Source of the DNA: an uncultured Solirubrobacterales bacterium
Lineage (GTDB): Bacteria; Actinomycetota; Thermoleophilia; Solirubrobacterales; 70-9
Direction: 5' to 3'
Assembly (NCBI GenBank): GCA_963824705.1
Contig: CAWGQE010000003.1
Location: forward strand, 562,286-626,285
Length of the DNA: 64,000 bases
A program made the translations under genes and the position numbers. Positions 1 through 9,746 of this stretch are shown in pieces. The number at the start of each line of letters is the position of its first letter. The stretch's first letter is position 1. The notes under the pieces are model-generated. The model saw only the letters and a list, made by a program, of their open reading frames with translations, was not told where the DNA came from and ran no database searches.

Positions 1-1
1 G

Positions 2-1147
2 TTCTACTGCGACATCCCCCGCGGCCTTTCGCCGCGCAAGTCGGGCAACGACTTCCTGATCGAGCCGGGTGGGCGGAAAACCTACGTCTACGACCTGCGC
101 GAGGACGGCCGCCCCGAACGGGCCGCGCTTCAGTGGTACCACGACCACCGCCTCGACCACACGGCCCGCAACGTCTGGCACGGGCTGGCGGGGATGTGGA
201 TCGTCGACGACGAGCTCGACGCTTCGTTGCCGCTGCCGTCGGGCGAGCGCGACATCCCGCTGATGATCGCCGACCGCAGCTTCGATCGTCACAACCAGCT
301 CACCGATCCCTTCACCGGGCTCCGCCCGCCGGCCGACGGCGTCGCCGGCCACCGGGTCCTCGTCAACGGCGCCTATATGCCCCATCATCGTGTGGCGGCG
401 CAGCGTTACCGCTTGCGCCTGCTGAACGTCTCTGGCTTCCGCGCCTACAACGTCCACCTCTCCAACGGGGCGCCGATGATCCAGATCGGCACCGACAGCG
501 GCCTGATGCCGAAGCCGGCGAGGCGTGGCCATATCCTGCTCGGCCCAGGCGAGCGGGCGGACTTGATCGTCGACTTCGCCGCCGCGGCAGGCGAGTCGGT
601 GGAGCTGCGCAGCGCCCCTCGCCACGACGGCCACGACGGCGCCGGCTCGAGGCCCTACGTCGGCGCGCTGATGCAGTTCCGTGTCGGCGCGCGGCGGCTG
701 CCTGACCGCACCAAGGTGCCGCGCAAGCTGCGTCCCCTGCCCGACTGGACCAGGCACGTCTCCCACAAGCCCGACCACACCTGGACGATCTCGATCGGCG
801 GCCTCTTCAAGCCGACCTGGTTGATCAACGGCAGGACCTTCAACCCGGCGCGCGCCGACGCTTTCCCGCGACTCGACTCGACTGAGACCTGGGAGATCGT
901 CAACCACACCAGCGTCGCCCACATGATGCATCTGCACCACACCGACTGGTACCTATTGGCGCGCGACGGCAAGCCGCCGCCACCCTGGGAAGACTGTCTC
1001 AAGGAGACCTTCTTCCTCTACCCCGGCGAACGGATCCTCCTCGCCGGCCACTTCGCCGACTACACCGGCAAGTTCATCATCCACTGCCACATGCTCGACC
1101 ACGAGGACCACGGGCTGATGAGCCAGTTCGAGGTCGTCAAGGCCTGA
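2..1147 (+). CDS. Multicopper oxidase, 5' end cut by the window edge
   Basis: The frame of ORF 194..1147 stays open back to nt 2 (FYCDIPRG...LQWYHDHRLDHTARNVWHGLAGMWIVDD). Copper-site motifs WYHDH and C-terminal HCHMLDHEDHGLM are present. Confidence 0.9.
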   Translation, partial: FYCDIPRGLSPRKSGNDFLIEPGGRKTYVYDLREDGRPERAALQWYHDHRLDHTARNVWHGLAGMWIVDDELDASLPLPSGERDIPLMIADRSFDRHNQLTDPFTGLRPPADGVAGHRVLVNGAYMPHHRVAAQRYRLRLLNVSGFRAYNVHLSNGAPMIQIGTDSGLMPKPARRGHILLGPGERADLIVDFAAAAGESVELRSAPRHDGHDGAGSRPYVGALMQFRVGARRLPDRTKVPRKLRPLPDWTRHVSHKPDHTWTISIGGLFKPTWLINGRTFNPARADAFPRLDSTETWEIVNHTSVAHMMHLHHTDWYLLARDGKPPPPWEDCLKETFFLYPGERILLAGHFADYTGKFIIHCHMLDHEDHGLMSQFEVVKA

Positions 1148-1463
1148 GATTTTCGCCGATCCAGGTGAGGTAGCCCGGGCTGCCGGCGACGATCGGCGTG
1201 GCGACTATCTCCGGCTCGTCGTAGGAGTGCAGCTCGCAGATCGCCGCCTCCAGTGCGGAGTAGCGCTCAGCGCTCGTCTTCGCCACGCACATCCACTCGG
1301 TCGAGCGCTCGACGGCACCCTGCCAGCGGTAGTGGCTGGCGATCGGGCCGACGACCTGCACGCAGGCGGCGAGGCGGCGCTCGACCAGCGCCATGCCGAT
1401 CCGCTCGGCCTCCTCCTCGGAGGCCGTCGTGGTCGTCACCTGGAGATAGTCGGCCTTCGCCAA
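1137..1463 (-). CDS. cutA: CutA divalent-cation tolerance protein
   Basis: 108 aa with the typical CutA1 layout (LAACVQ...W.G....EW....KT....Y..L...I...HSYD.PEI). It is convergent with the multicopper oxidase and overlaps it by 11 nt. Confidence 0.85.
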   Translation of the reverse strand: MAKADYLQVTTTTASEEEAERIGMALVERRLAACVQVVGPIASHYRWQGAVERSTEWMCVAKTSAERYSALEAAICELHSYDEPEIVATPIVAGSPGYLTWIGENLRP

Positions 1464-1472
1464 GGGAGTCGA

Positions 1473-2210
1473 CTACCCGTCTGTCTCTCTGTGGACCTCT
1501 ATCGCGGCGGCTTGGTCGCGGGGACGGACGACGATCTCGTCGATGTTCACGTGGGACGGTTGGGCGACGGCCCAGCGGATGCACTCGGCGACGTCCCCGG
1601 CGCTCAGCGGGGTCATTCCCTGGTAGACGCGACGGGCGGCCTCCTCGTCGCCGCCGAAGCGGACCAGCGAGAACTCGGTCTCGACCATGCCTGGCGCGAC
1701 CTCGGTCACCCGCACCGGCTCGCCGAGCAGCTCTAGACGCAGCACCCGCAGCATCGAGCGCTGGGCATGCTTGGCGGCGATGTAGCCGGCACCGCCGCGG
1801 TAGGCCTCGAAGCCGGCGATGCTGGTGATCGAGACGACGTGACCGTCTCCCGAGGCGATCAACCGCGGCAGCAGCGCCCGCGTCATCCGCATCGTCCCCA
1901 GCACGTTCGCCTCGTACATCGTCCGCCACTTCTCCTCGTCGGCCTCGCCGAGCGGTTCGAGCCCATGCGCGCCGCCGGCGTTGTTGACCAGCACGTCGCA
2001 GCGGGGAACCCGGGCGACGAACTCCTCGACCGAGTCCGGATCGGCTACGTCGAGCGCGACGGCCTCGCCACCAACTTCGGCAGAGAGCTCTTCCAACCGT
2101 TCCAAGCGCCGCGCCCCGAGCACGACCTGGAAGCCGTCTCCCGCCAGGGCCCGCCCTGCAGCCGCGCCGATCCCACTCGAAGCTCCCGTAATTACGGCGA
2201 CTTTTGCCAT
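1473..2210 (-). CDS. Short-chain dehydrogenase/reductase (SDR)
   Basis: N-terminal TGASSGIG Rossmann motif, NNAG, and the catalytic Y..AK pattern (YIAAKHA). Confidence 0.9.
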   Translation of the reverse strand: MAKVAVITGASSGIGAAAGRALAGDGFQVVLGARRLERLEELSAEVGGEAVALDVADPDSVEEFVARVPRCDVLVNNAGGAHGLEPLGEADEEKWRTMYEANVLGTMRMTRALLPRLIASGDGHVVSITSIAGFEAYRGGAGYIAAKHAQRSMLRVLRLELLGEPVRVTEVAPGMVETEFSLVRFGGDEEAARRVYQGMTPLSAGDVAECIRWAVAQPSHVNIDEIVVRPRDQAAAIEVHRETDG

Positions 2211-2340
2211 GCCGGACGAGCCTATCCACCTGGAGTGGGGAGAACTCGAGGCGCCCAGGACTTGAGCCTGGATGGAGACGACAACCCAGCGCCGCCCTGG
2301 CGTTTCCAGTCCCGTCCTGGGCGGAGTTATACTACTAGGT

Positions 2341-2634
2341 ATGACTTATAAGGTGGGGCCAAAAGGGCAGGTCGTCATCCCCAAGCCGATCCGCGATCGC
2401 CTCGGGATCTCACCCGGTGACGAGGTCGTGGTCGAGCAGGATGGGAGAGACGTGCGAATCCGACTTCAGGCGGACGACGTTGAGGCGCGACGCAAGCGCA
2501 TTCGCGCGCTACGCGGGATCTCAGCCGATACCCCAGGGCTCCCGGGCTTCGAGGCCGACAAGCAGGAGGAACGCGAACGCGAGCAGCGGAAGGATCGCGA
2601 ACTCGAGCAGCTCTATGGGCGGAGCCCCCGGTGA
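2341..2634 (+). CDS. AbrB/SpoVT-family antitoxin (VapB-like)
   Basis: MTYKVGPKGQVVIPKPIRDRLGISPGDEVVV is a SpoVT/AbrB swapped-hairpin motif. The ATG at 2341 is preferred over the ORF-track start at 2272. Its stop overlaps the PIN gene start (GTGA). Confidence 0.75.
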   Translation: MTYKVGPKGQVVIPKPIRDRLGISPGDEVVVEQDGRDVRIRLQADDVEARRKRIRALRGISADTPGLPGFEADKQEEREREQRKDRELEQLYGRSPR

Positions 2635-3014
2635 AGGCGGTCTTGGATGCGTGGGCGCTGATTGCCTTCTTCGACGATGCGCCTGGCAGCGCGGCTCAGG
2701 TGGAGGCCCTGCTGGAAGAGGGCGAGGGGGTCGTCTGCTCGATCAACCTGGGAGAGGTTCTCTACCGGCAAACCCGCCTGGCCGGCGCCCGGGCGGCGCG
2801 CGAACGAGTTGCTGCCCTGCGCGACAATCTCAAGGTCGTCGATCCGGACTGGCAGCTCGTCGAGGCAGCCGCCGCGATCAAGGCGCCGGGCGGCCTCTCC
2901 TATGCCGATGCCTTTTGCGTTGCCACGGCGACGCGCCTCGACGCTCCTCTCTGGACCGGCGACCCGGAGATAATCGAGCTGTCCGGCGACCACGAGGTCG
3001 TCGATCTCCGCTAA
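2631..3014 (+). CDS. vapC: PIN-domain toxin (VapC-like)
   Basis: 127 aa with an N-terminal acidic D (LDAWALIAFFDD) and a later D in SYADAF, matching the PIN layout. It overlaps the upstream antitoxin gene by 4 nt. Confidence 0.8.
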   Translation: MKAVLDAWALIAFFDDAPGSAAQVEALLEEGEGVVCSINLGEVLYRQTRLAGARAARERVAALRDNLKVVDPDWQLVEAAAAIKAPGGLSYADAFCVATATRLDAPLWTGDPEIIELSGDHEVVDLR

Positions 3015-3020
3015 GCGGGG

Positions 3021-3398
3021 CTACTCCCCGATCAGCTCTATGCGGTAGCCGTCCGGATCGCGGACGAAGCAGATGCGGTGGCCCTCGATGCGGCCGCCGG
3101 GGCGGTAGGGGGGCTTTTCGGGCTCGATGCCCTCCGCGGCCAGACCCTCCAGGGTGCCGTCGAGGTCGTCGACGGCGAGGGCGATGTGGTTGTAGCCGCT
3201 GCCGTGCTCGTAGGAATCGATGCCATGGTTGTAGGTCAGCTCCAGGCGCGGGTCTTCGCCCGGCATGCCCATGAAGACGTTGATCGCCTCGTCGCCGATC
3301 GGCATTCGCGCGACCTCTTCGAAGCCGAGCTTCTCGTAGAACTCGACCGAGCGATCGATCTCGCCGATCCGGTAGCAGGTGTGGAGGAAGCTGGGCAA
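3021..3398 (-). CDS. gloA: Glyoxalase I / VOC-family lactoylglutathione lyase
   Basis: 125 aa; HTCYRIGEIDRSVEFYEKLGF...ELTYNHG...GYNHIALAVDD...ICFVRDPDGYRIELI is the typical GloA pattern. Confidence 0.8.
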   Translation of the reverse strand: MPSFLHTCYRIGEIDRSVEFYEKLGFEEVARMPIGDEAINVFMGMPGEDPRLELTYNHGIDSYEHGSGYNHIALAVDDLDGTLEGLAAEGIEPEKPPYRPGGRIEGHRICFVRDPDGYRIELIGE

Positions 3399-3431
3399 AG
3401 CGATCTACCCGGAAGGCTACTGTTTATCCGC

Positions 3432-4325
3432 ATGTCCGAGATGCGGGTCAAGACCGCCACCGTCCACGGCCGCTCTGTCTCCTACGTGGAGGTCGGCGAG
3501 GGACCGGTGCTGCTGCTGATCCACGGCATCGCCGGCACATGTGAGAACTGGCGAGAGGTGGTCGAGCCACTGGCCCGCCACCACACCGTGATCGCCCCGG
3601 ACTTCCCCGGTCACGGGGCGTCGGAGGCCGGTAGCGGCGATTACTCGATCGGGTCGCTCGCCAGCGGCCTGCGCGATCTGCTGCTGGCGCTCGGGCACGA
3701 GCGCGCGACTCTGGTCGGGCACTCGCTCGGCGGCGGGGTCGCGATGCAGCTCGCTTACCAGTATCCGGAGATGATCGAACGCCTGGTCCTGCTCTCCAGT
3801 GGCGGCCTTGGCCCGGAGGTGAGCCCGGTCCTGCGCGCCGCCGCGCTCCCCGGCGCCGATCTCTTCATCTCGGTCACGGCGGGTGCCGGCCAGCGGGTCG
3901 GCTCTGTTCTCGGCCGCGGCCTCGCCGCGATCGGCCTGCGCCCCAACGCCGACGTTGCGGAGGTGGCGCGTGGCTACGCCGCGCTCCAGGACGCCGCTCG
4001 CCGCGCCGCCTTCCTCGACACGTTACGCGCGGTCGTGGGCACCGGGGGCCAGCGCGTCGCGGCGGGGGACCGTCTCTACCTGGCCGAAGCGGTGCCGGTG
4101 CTGATCGTCTGGGGCGCCCGCGACTCGATCATTCCCGTCCGCCATGGCGAAGACGCGCACCGGGCGATCCCCGGCAGCCGGCTCGAGGTCTTCGAGGACG
4201 TCGGCCACATGCCGCAGCTGGAGGCGCCGGGACGCTTCATCGCCGTGCTCGAACGCTTCCTGCGCGAGACCGAGCCGGCCCGGTTCGACCGCGAGGAGTG
4301 GCGGGCCCGGATGCGCGCCGCCTGA
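3432..4325 (+). CDS. Alpha/beta-fold hydrolase
   Basis: LLLIHGIAG, the nucleophile elbow GHSLGG and a late H (DVGHMPQLE). The ATG at 3432 is chosen because the ORF-track extension 3078-3431 is antisense to gloA. Confidence 0.85.
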   Translation: MSEMRVKTATVHGRSVSYVEVGEGPVLLLIHGIAGTCENWREVVEPLARHHTVIAPDFPGHGASEAGSGDYSIGSLASGLRDLLLALGHERATLVGHSLGGGVAMQLAYQYPEMIERLVLLSSGGLGPEVSPVLRAAALPGADLFISVTAGAGQRVGSVLGRGLAAIGLRPNADVAEVARGYAALQDAARRAAFLDTLRAVVGTGGQRVAAGDRLYLAEAVPVLIVWGARDSIIPVRHGEDAHRAIPGSRLEVFEDVGHMPQLEAPGRFIAVLERFLRETEPARFDREEWRARMRAA

Positions 4326-4414
4326 GTTTGTTCCGGCGGGGTTTTTGCCGCCACGCACGCGAAATTGCCGCTTGCTGAAGCGGAAAAGGCCAGTTCGGTC
4401 CCCTCAATACAATT

Positions 4415-6571
4415 TTGGCGATGACGAACCGGGCACGACGGCAGCAGCGCAGGCACCATCGCCTCAGCTGGAAGAAGAAAGTGCTGATCCCGCTTGGGAT
4501 CCTCGCGGCCGCCGCGGCGGTGGCCGGCACCGTGGCGGCGAGCTGGGCGGTCGACGTCTACAACTCGGCCCCGCCGCTCTCCAGCCTCAAACCGGTGCAG
4601 AAGGGCCGCTCCTCAGCCATTTATGCCGCCGATGGCAGCCTGATCGGCTTCATCCGCGCCAGCAGCGTGCGCCAGCCGGTCCCCTCGAAGGCGCTGCCGC
4701 AGAGCCTCAAGTACGCCACGGTCGCGATCGAGGATCGCAACTACTTCAACCATGGAGCGCTCGACCCGGCCGGCATCGCCCGCGCCGCCTGGAAGGACCT
4801 GCTCGCCGGCGGCAAGCCGGTCCAGGGCGCCTCGACGATCACCCAGCAGCTCGTCCGCAACCTCTACATCCGCGATCCGGAACAGACGCTGAAGCGAAAG
4901 CTGGTCGAAGCTCACCTCGCCTACGAGGAGGAGGAAGCCCACTCGAAGCAGTGGATCCTCACCGCCTACCTCAACACCGCGCCTTACGGCACGGTCGAAG
5001 GCGAGACCGCGGTCGGCGCCGAGGCGGCGGCGCAGACCTACTACGGCAAGCCCGCCCGCGAGCTCGGTCTGACCGAAGCGGCGATGATCGCCGGCCTGCC
5101 CCAGGCTCCCTCCGAATACAACCCCTTCCTCGACCCGCGCGCCGCCCTCAAACGCCGCAACGAGGTGCTGGAAGCGATGAGGGACCAGGGCTACGTCACG
5201 CAGAGCGAATACCACGAGTCCGTCAACGAAGGCCTCAAGCTGAACCCGGGACACAAGTACCGGGTCATCCGCGACCCCTTCCTCTTCGACCTCGTCCAGC
5301 AGGAGCTGATCGACAAGTACGGCCTCAACACCGTCCGCTACGGCGGGCTCAAGGCCTACACGACGATCGATCCCGAGCTGCAGGAACGGGCGCAGGAAGC
5401 GGTCGACTCGTGCAGCGTCTGCTATTCCGAAGGCGGCCCGGCCGCGGCCCTCGCCTCGGTCGACCCTTCCAACGGCGAGATCGTCGCCCTCGCCTCCACC
5501 CCCGGCGGCCCGGAAGAAAGCGAATTCAACTATGCCTGGCAGGCCCACCGCCAGCCCGGCTCCTCGTTCAAGACCTTCGTCCTCACGACCGCGATCAAGC
5601 AGGGCATCGATCCTGAGAGCACCTATTACGACGGCACCTCGCCAAAGACGCTCGACCTGCCAGGGGGCGGTACCTGGACCGTCAACAACGCCGAGCCGGG
5701 CGGTGGCACGATGTCGCTCGCCGAGGCGACCTGGGAGTCGGTCAACGTCGTCTTCGCCCAGCTCGACCTCGACGTCGGCTCCGAAAACGTGACCCACACC
5801 GCGCACCAGATGGGCATCGAAGCGCCGCTCGAATCGGTTCCCGCGGAGGCGATCGGCGGACTGGCGATCGGCGTCACGCCGCTCGAAATGGCCGATGCCT
5901 ACGCGACCCTGGCCAATGGCGGAATCCACCACGAACCGACGGCGATCGGCCGGGTCGAGTTCCCCAGCGGCAAGGTCGACGAACCGAGCCCGGACGCGGG
6001 TGACCGCGTCCTCACCGCGGGCGAGGCCTATGACGTGACGAAGCTGCTCGAGGGCGTGATCACCCAGGGCACCGGCGCCGGCTACACCTATATGGGCTGC
6101 AGCGCCGAGGCCGGCAAGACCGGCACCTCGGAGGGCCTTTCCGACGCCTGGTTCGTCGGCTACACGCCGCTCTACTCGACCGCGGTCTGGGTGGGCCACC
6201 CGCAGTCGCGCGAAGAAACCGGCTTCGGCGGACCCACCGCCGGGCCGATCTGGCGCTCCTTCATGGAATCGGCGGCCGCGGGCAACTGCCCCGAATTCGC
6301 CGAACCGTCCAGCCTGCCCGAACTCTCCGGCCTCGACAGCGAACACACCAGTGGCTCCTCGGGCTCCTACAGCGAAAGCGAAGAAGAAGGCGAATACGGC
6401 GAAGAAGAATTCGAAGCCGCCGAAGAAGAACTGGACAAGGGGAAGGGCGGCGGCGGTGGTGGGGCCGGGGAAGCGGAAGCAGCCCCGGAAGTGACGCCGT
6501 CTCCCACGCCGACTCCCAGCCCCGCGCCAGCTCCTTCCTCGCCTGCCGGCGGGGTCGCGCCCAGCGGTTGA
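4415..6571 (+). CDS. Class A penicillin-binding protein (transglycosylase + transpeptidase)
   Basis: N-terminal TM segment, GT51 motifs (EDRNYFNHGALD, GASTITQQL), transpeptidase SSFK and KTGT motifs, and an acidic then Pro/Thr/Ser-rich C-terminal tail. Confidence 0.9.
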   Translation: MAMTNRARRQQRRHHRLSWKKKVLIPLGILAAAAAVAGTVAASWAVDVYNSAPPLSSLKPVQKGRSSAIYAADGSLIGFIRASSVRQPVPSKALPQSLKYATVAIEDRNYFNHGALDPAGIARAAWKDLLAGGKPVQGASTITQQLVRNLYIRDPEQTLKRKLVEAHLAYEEEEAHSKQWILTAYLNTAPYGTVEGETAVGAEAAAQTYYGKPARELGLTEAAMIAGLPQAPSEYNPFLDPRAALKRRNEVLEAMRDQGYVTQSEYHESVNEGLKLNPGHKYRVIRDPFLFDLVQQELIDKYGLNTVRYGGLKAYTTIDPELQERAQEAVDSCSVCYSEGGPAAALASVDPSNGEIVALASTPGGPEESEFNYAWQAHRQPGSSFKTFVLTTAIKQGIDPESTYYDGTSPKTLDLPGGGTWTVNNAEPGGGTMSLAEATWESVNVVFAQLDLDVGSENVTHTAHQMGIEAPLESVPAEAIGGLAIGVTPLEMADAYATLANGGIHHEPTAIGRVEFPSGKVDEPSPDAGDRVLTAGEAYDVTKLLEGVITQGTGAGYTYMGCSAEAGKTGTSEGLSDAWFVGYTPLYSTAVWVGHPQSREETGFGGPTAGPIWRSFMESAAAGNCPEFAEPSSLPELSGLDSEHTSGSSGSYSESEEEGEYGEEEFEAAEEELDKGKGGGGGGAGEAEAAPEVTPSPTPTPSPAPAPSSPAGGVAPSG

Positions 6572-6613
6572 GCTCCCTCGCGCTCGGCGTGCTGGCCGTA
6601 CTCTGATGGCCGC

Positions 6614-8549
6614 GTGAGCAGGGATGCCGACAGACCGCGCGCCACCGCGCGCTCCCCGGCGCAGGCGGCGCTCGTCCTCGGCGCGCTCGGGGTTGTCTTC
6701 GGCGACATCGGCACCAGCCCGCTCTACACCGTCCAGACCGTCTTCAACCCGAGCGATCCGCACCCGGTCTCGGCGAACGACCGAGAGCATCTTCGGCGTC
6801 ATCTCACTGATCTTCTGGAGCGTGACGATCGTCGTCACGCTCACCTACGTGCTGCTGGTGATGCGCGCCGACAACGAGGGCGAGGGCGGCATCATGGCGC
6901 TGATCACCCTGATCCGGCGCCGCGCTGTCAGCGGCGGGCGGCGGACGAAGCTGGCGCTGGCGGCGCTCGGCATCTTCGGCGCCTCGCTCTTCTTCGGCGA
7001 CAGCATGATCACGCCGGCGATCTCGGTGCTCTCGGCGGTCGAAGGGCTGAAGGTCGTGCAGCCCTCCCTGGCGCACCTGATCGTTCCGATCACGGCGACG
7101 ATCATCGTCATCCTCTTCGCCGCCCAGCGGCTCGGGACCGCGGCGGTGGGGCGGATGTTCGGACCGGTGATGATCGTCTGGTTCACCGTCATCGGCGCCT
7201 GCGGCATCTCGGGTATCGCGCTCCACCCCGAAATCCTCAAGGCGCTCTCGCCGAGCTATGCCGCTCGGATTCCTCACCGGACATTTCTCGACCGCCTTCT
7301 TCTCGCTGGCGGCAGTCGTCCTGGCGATCACCGGGGCCGAGGCGCTCTACGCCGACATGGGGCACTTCGGCCGGCGCGCCGATCACGCGCGCCTGGCTGC
7401 TGCTCGTCTTCCCGGCCCTGATCCTCAATTACATGGGCCAGGGGGCGCTGATCCTCGGCAACCCGAGCGCCAACATCGCCAGCCCGTTCTTCCTGCTGGT
7501 TCCCGAATGGGGGCGGCTGCCGATGGTCCTCCTGGCGACCGCGGCGACCGTGATCGCCTCCCAGGCGGTGATCACCGGCGCCTTCTCGGTCGCCCATCAG
7601 GCGGTGCAGCTCGGCTACCTGCCGCGACTGCGGATCGCTCACACCTCGAGCGAGACCGTGGGACAGATCTACGTGCCCTGGATCAACTGGGTGCTGATGG
7701 TCTCGGTGCTGATCCTCGTCTTCGCCTTCGAGTCCTCGGCTTCGCTCGCCTTCGCCTTCGGTATGGCGGTGACGGGGACGATCACTATCACCACGCTGCT
7801 CTTCTTCTACATCGTCCGCCATCGCTGGGGGAAACCGCTCTGGCTGGTCGTGGGCGGAGCGGGGGCGCTGCTCACCGTCGACCTTCTCTTCCTCGCCGCG
7901 AACACGACCAAGATCGCGCATGGCGCCTGGCTGCCGCTGCTGATCGCGGTGACGGTGTTCACCGCGCTGACGACCTGGCAGCGGGGACGCGAGCTGGTCA
8001 CCGCCCGGCGCGAAGGGGAGGAGGGCTCGCTACGCGAGTTCGTCGACGCTCTGCACGAGCGGCATCCGCCTCTTCAGAGGGTGCCCGGCACCGCAGTCTT
8101 CCTCAACCGCAACAAGACGACCACGCCGCTGGCGATGCGCGCCAACGTCGAGCACAACCGGATCCTCCACGAGCATGTCGTCATCCTCTCGATCGAGACG
8201 CTGCCCGGTTCCGCAGGTCCCGCCCGCCGAGCGCCTCGCGATCGATGATCTCGGTTACGGCGACGACGGCATCACCCACGTCACCGCCTGCTTCGGCTAT
8301 ATGGAGCAGCCCGATGTCCCGGGCGCCCTGCGCATGGCCGAGCAGGCTGGCCTGGAGTGTCCGCTCGAGGTCGACGAAGCCTCCTATTTCCTCTCGACGA
8401 TCGAGCTGCGGCCCGGCGATGCCCCCGGGATGACCCGCTGGCGCAAGCGCCTCTTCGTCGCCATGTCACATATCACCGCTGACGCGGCCGAATACTTCGG
8501 TTTGCCCCGCGATCGCACGGTGATCATGGGTTCGCTGATCGAGGTCTAG
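6614..8549 (+). pseudogene. kup: Kup-family K+ uptake transporter interrupted by four frameshifts
   Basis: Kup motifs are spread over five frame segments: GVVFGDIGTSPLYT; SLIFW...MRADNEGEGGIMAL; TGAEALYADMGHFG; LNYMGQGALIL...HEHVVILSIETLP; ...IMGSLIEV*. See the finding for details. Confidence 0.8.
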
Positions 8550-8588
8550 GGAGCCCGCGGCGGACCCGGTCCGGCCTCGCCGTACGCT

Positions 8589-9746
8589 GTGGCGATGCGC
8601 GGGCGCGAATGGTCACTTCGCCTCGGGGGCGAGCCGCCCCCGCTCTGGCTCGGCCTGCTGGCGACGCTTGCCGCGGTCGCGGCGAGCACGCTGATCGTCT
8701 ACCTGCTGAAGCCGGTTTCGCCAGTCGTCTCGCTGGGCGTCGTCTACCTGCCGGCGATCCTGGCGATCTCGATCTTCTGGGGGCTGCGTCTCGGCCTGCT
8801 CGCCTCGCTGGCCAGCGTCGTCGCCTTCAACTTCTTCCACATCCCGCCGCTGCACCGCTTCACGATCGGCAGCGATCAGAACTGGGTCGCGCTGGCGATC
8901 TTCGCGATCGTCGCGGTTGGCAGCAGCGCCCTAGCCGGGTTGGCGCGCGCACAGACGCTTGAGGCGGAGCGGCGGCGCGAGGACGCCGACCGGGCCCTGG
9001 TGGAGCTCGCGGCCCTCTCCCGCGAGCGCGACCGAATGCAGGAGGAGATGGTCGAGGCCGAGGCGTTGCGGAGAAGCGATGAGCTGAAGACGGCGCTGCT
9101 GCGCTCGATCTCCCATGATTTGCGCACGCCGCTCACCTCGATCATCGCCGGTGGCACGGCGCTGGGCTCGGCAACGCTCACCGAGGCGGAGAGGGCGGAG
9201 TTGAGCACGGCGATCGTCGCCGAGGGCGACCGGCTCTCGCGCCTGGTCGAGAACCTGCTCGATATGTCACGGCTTGAGGCCGGCAAGGCGGAGCCACACC
9301 GTGAGCAGACCGATCTTGGCGAGGTGCTGGACGTCGCTCGCGAGACCGTCGTCCGCCCCGAGATGGTGAAGCTGGCCCTCGATCCCGCGCTGCCAACCGT
9401 GAGGGCCGACGCCGCTCAGCTCGAGCGTGCCTTCGCCAACCTGCTCGAAAACGCGATCCGGCATGGCGGCGGCAGGCCGGTCACGGTGCGCTCGCGGCTA
9501 GTCGGTGACAAGATCGCGATCCGCGTGGTCGACCAGGGCCCGGGCATACCGGAGAGCGAGTGGGAGCGGATCTTCGAGCCGTTCCAGAGCGGGGCAAACG
9601 GAGTGGGGGGAGGCTCGGGCCTGGGGCTGGCGATCGCCAGGGGCTTTGTCGAGGCCAACGGCGGCGAGATCGCGGTCGAGTCGGTGGTCGGCCAGGGGTC
9701 GAGCTTCGTCGTCGGCTTTCCACGCGGCGAGCGAGCCGGCGCGTGA
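8589..9746 (+). CDS. kdpD: KdpD-type sensor histidine kinase, C-terminal half only (membrane DUF4118-like + HisKA + HATPase)
   Basis: Three to four N-terminal TM helices with AFNFFHIPPLHRFTI (KdpD membrane-domain motif), the H-box SHDLRTPLTSI, and the G-boxes DQGPGI and GSGLGLAI. It overlaps kdpE by 4 nt. Confidence 0.8.
   Translation: MAMRGREWSLRLGGEPPPLWLGLLATLAAVAASTLIVYLLKPVSPVVSLGVVYLPAILAISIFWGLRLGLLASLASVVAFNFFHIPPLHRFTIGSDQNWVALAIFAIVAVGSSALAGLARAQTLEAERRREDADRALVELAALSRERDRMQEEMVEAEALRRSDELKTALLRSISHDLRTPLTSIIAGGTALGSATLTEAERAELSTAIVAEGDRLSRLVENLLDMSRLEAGKAEPHREQTDLGEVLDVARETVVRPEMVKLALDPALPTVRADAAQLERAFANLLENAIRHGGGRPVTVRSRLVGDKIAIRVVDQGPGIPESEWERIFEPFQSGANGVGGGSGLGLAIARGFVEANGGEIAVESVVGQGSSFVVGFPRGERAGA

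Noticed and set aside
1267-2229. 320-aa Arg/Gly/Pro-rich ORF, plus 1227..1736, 1253..1828 and 1767..2351
   Set aside because: These are out-of-frame or antisense shadows of the SDR and CutA genes. Low-complexity RGP composition is typical of non-coding frames in ~70 % GC DNA.
3078-3431. N-terminal 118-aa extension of the alpha/beta hydrolase ORF
   Set aside because: It runs antisense through the whole gloA gene and has no hydrolase similarity. The internal ATG at 3432 gives a normal N-terminus.
6360-6571. Acidic then Pro/Thr/Ser-rich low-complexity DNA, considered as a separate gene or repeat element
   Set aside because: It is in frame with and continuous with the PBP, so it is interpreted as a disordered C-terminal tail.
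4613-6844. 743-aa minus-strand ORF, plus the 490-aa ORF 4144..5616
   Set aside because: These are shadows of the PBP gene, which carries clear GT51 and transpeptidase motifs on the plus strand.
7258-8433. 391-aa ORF in the kup region
   Set aside because: Only its first ~40 codons match Kup (TGAEALYADMGHFG). The remainder is an Arg/Pro/Gly-rich shadow of the correct frame.
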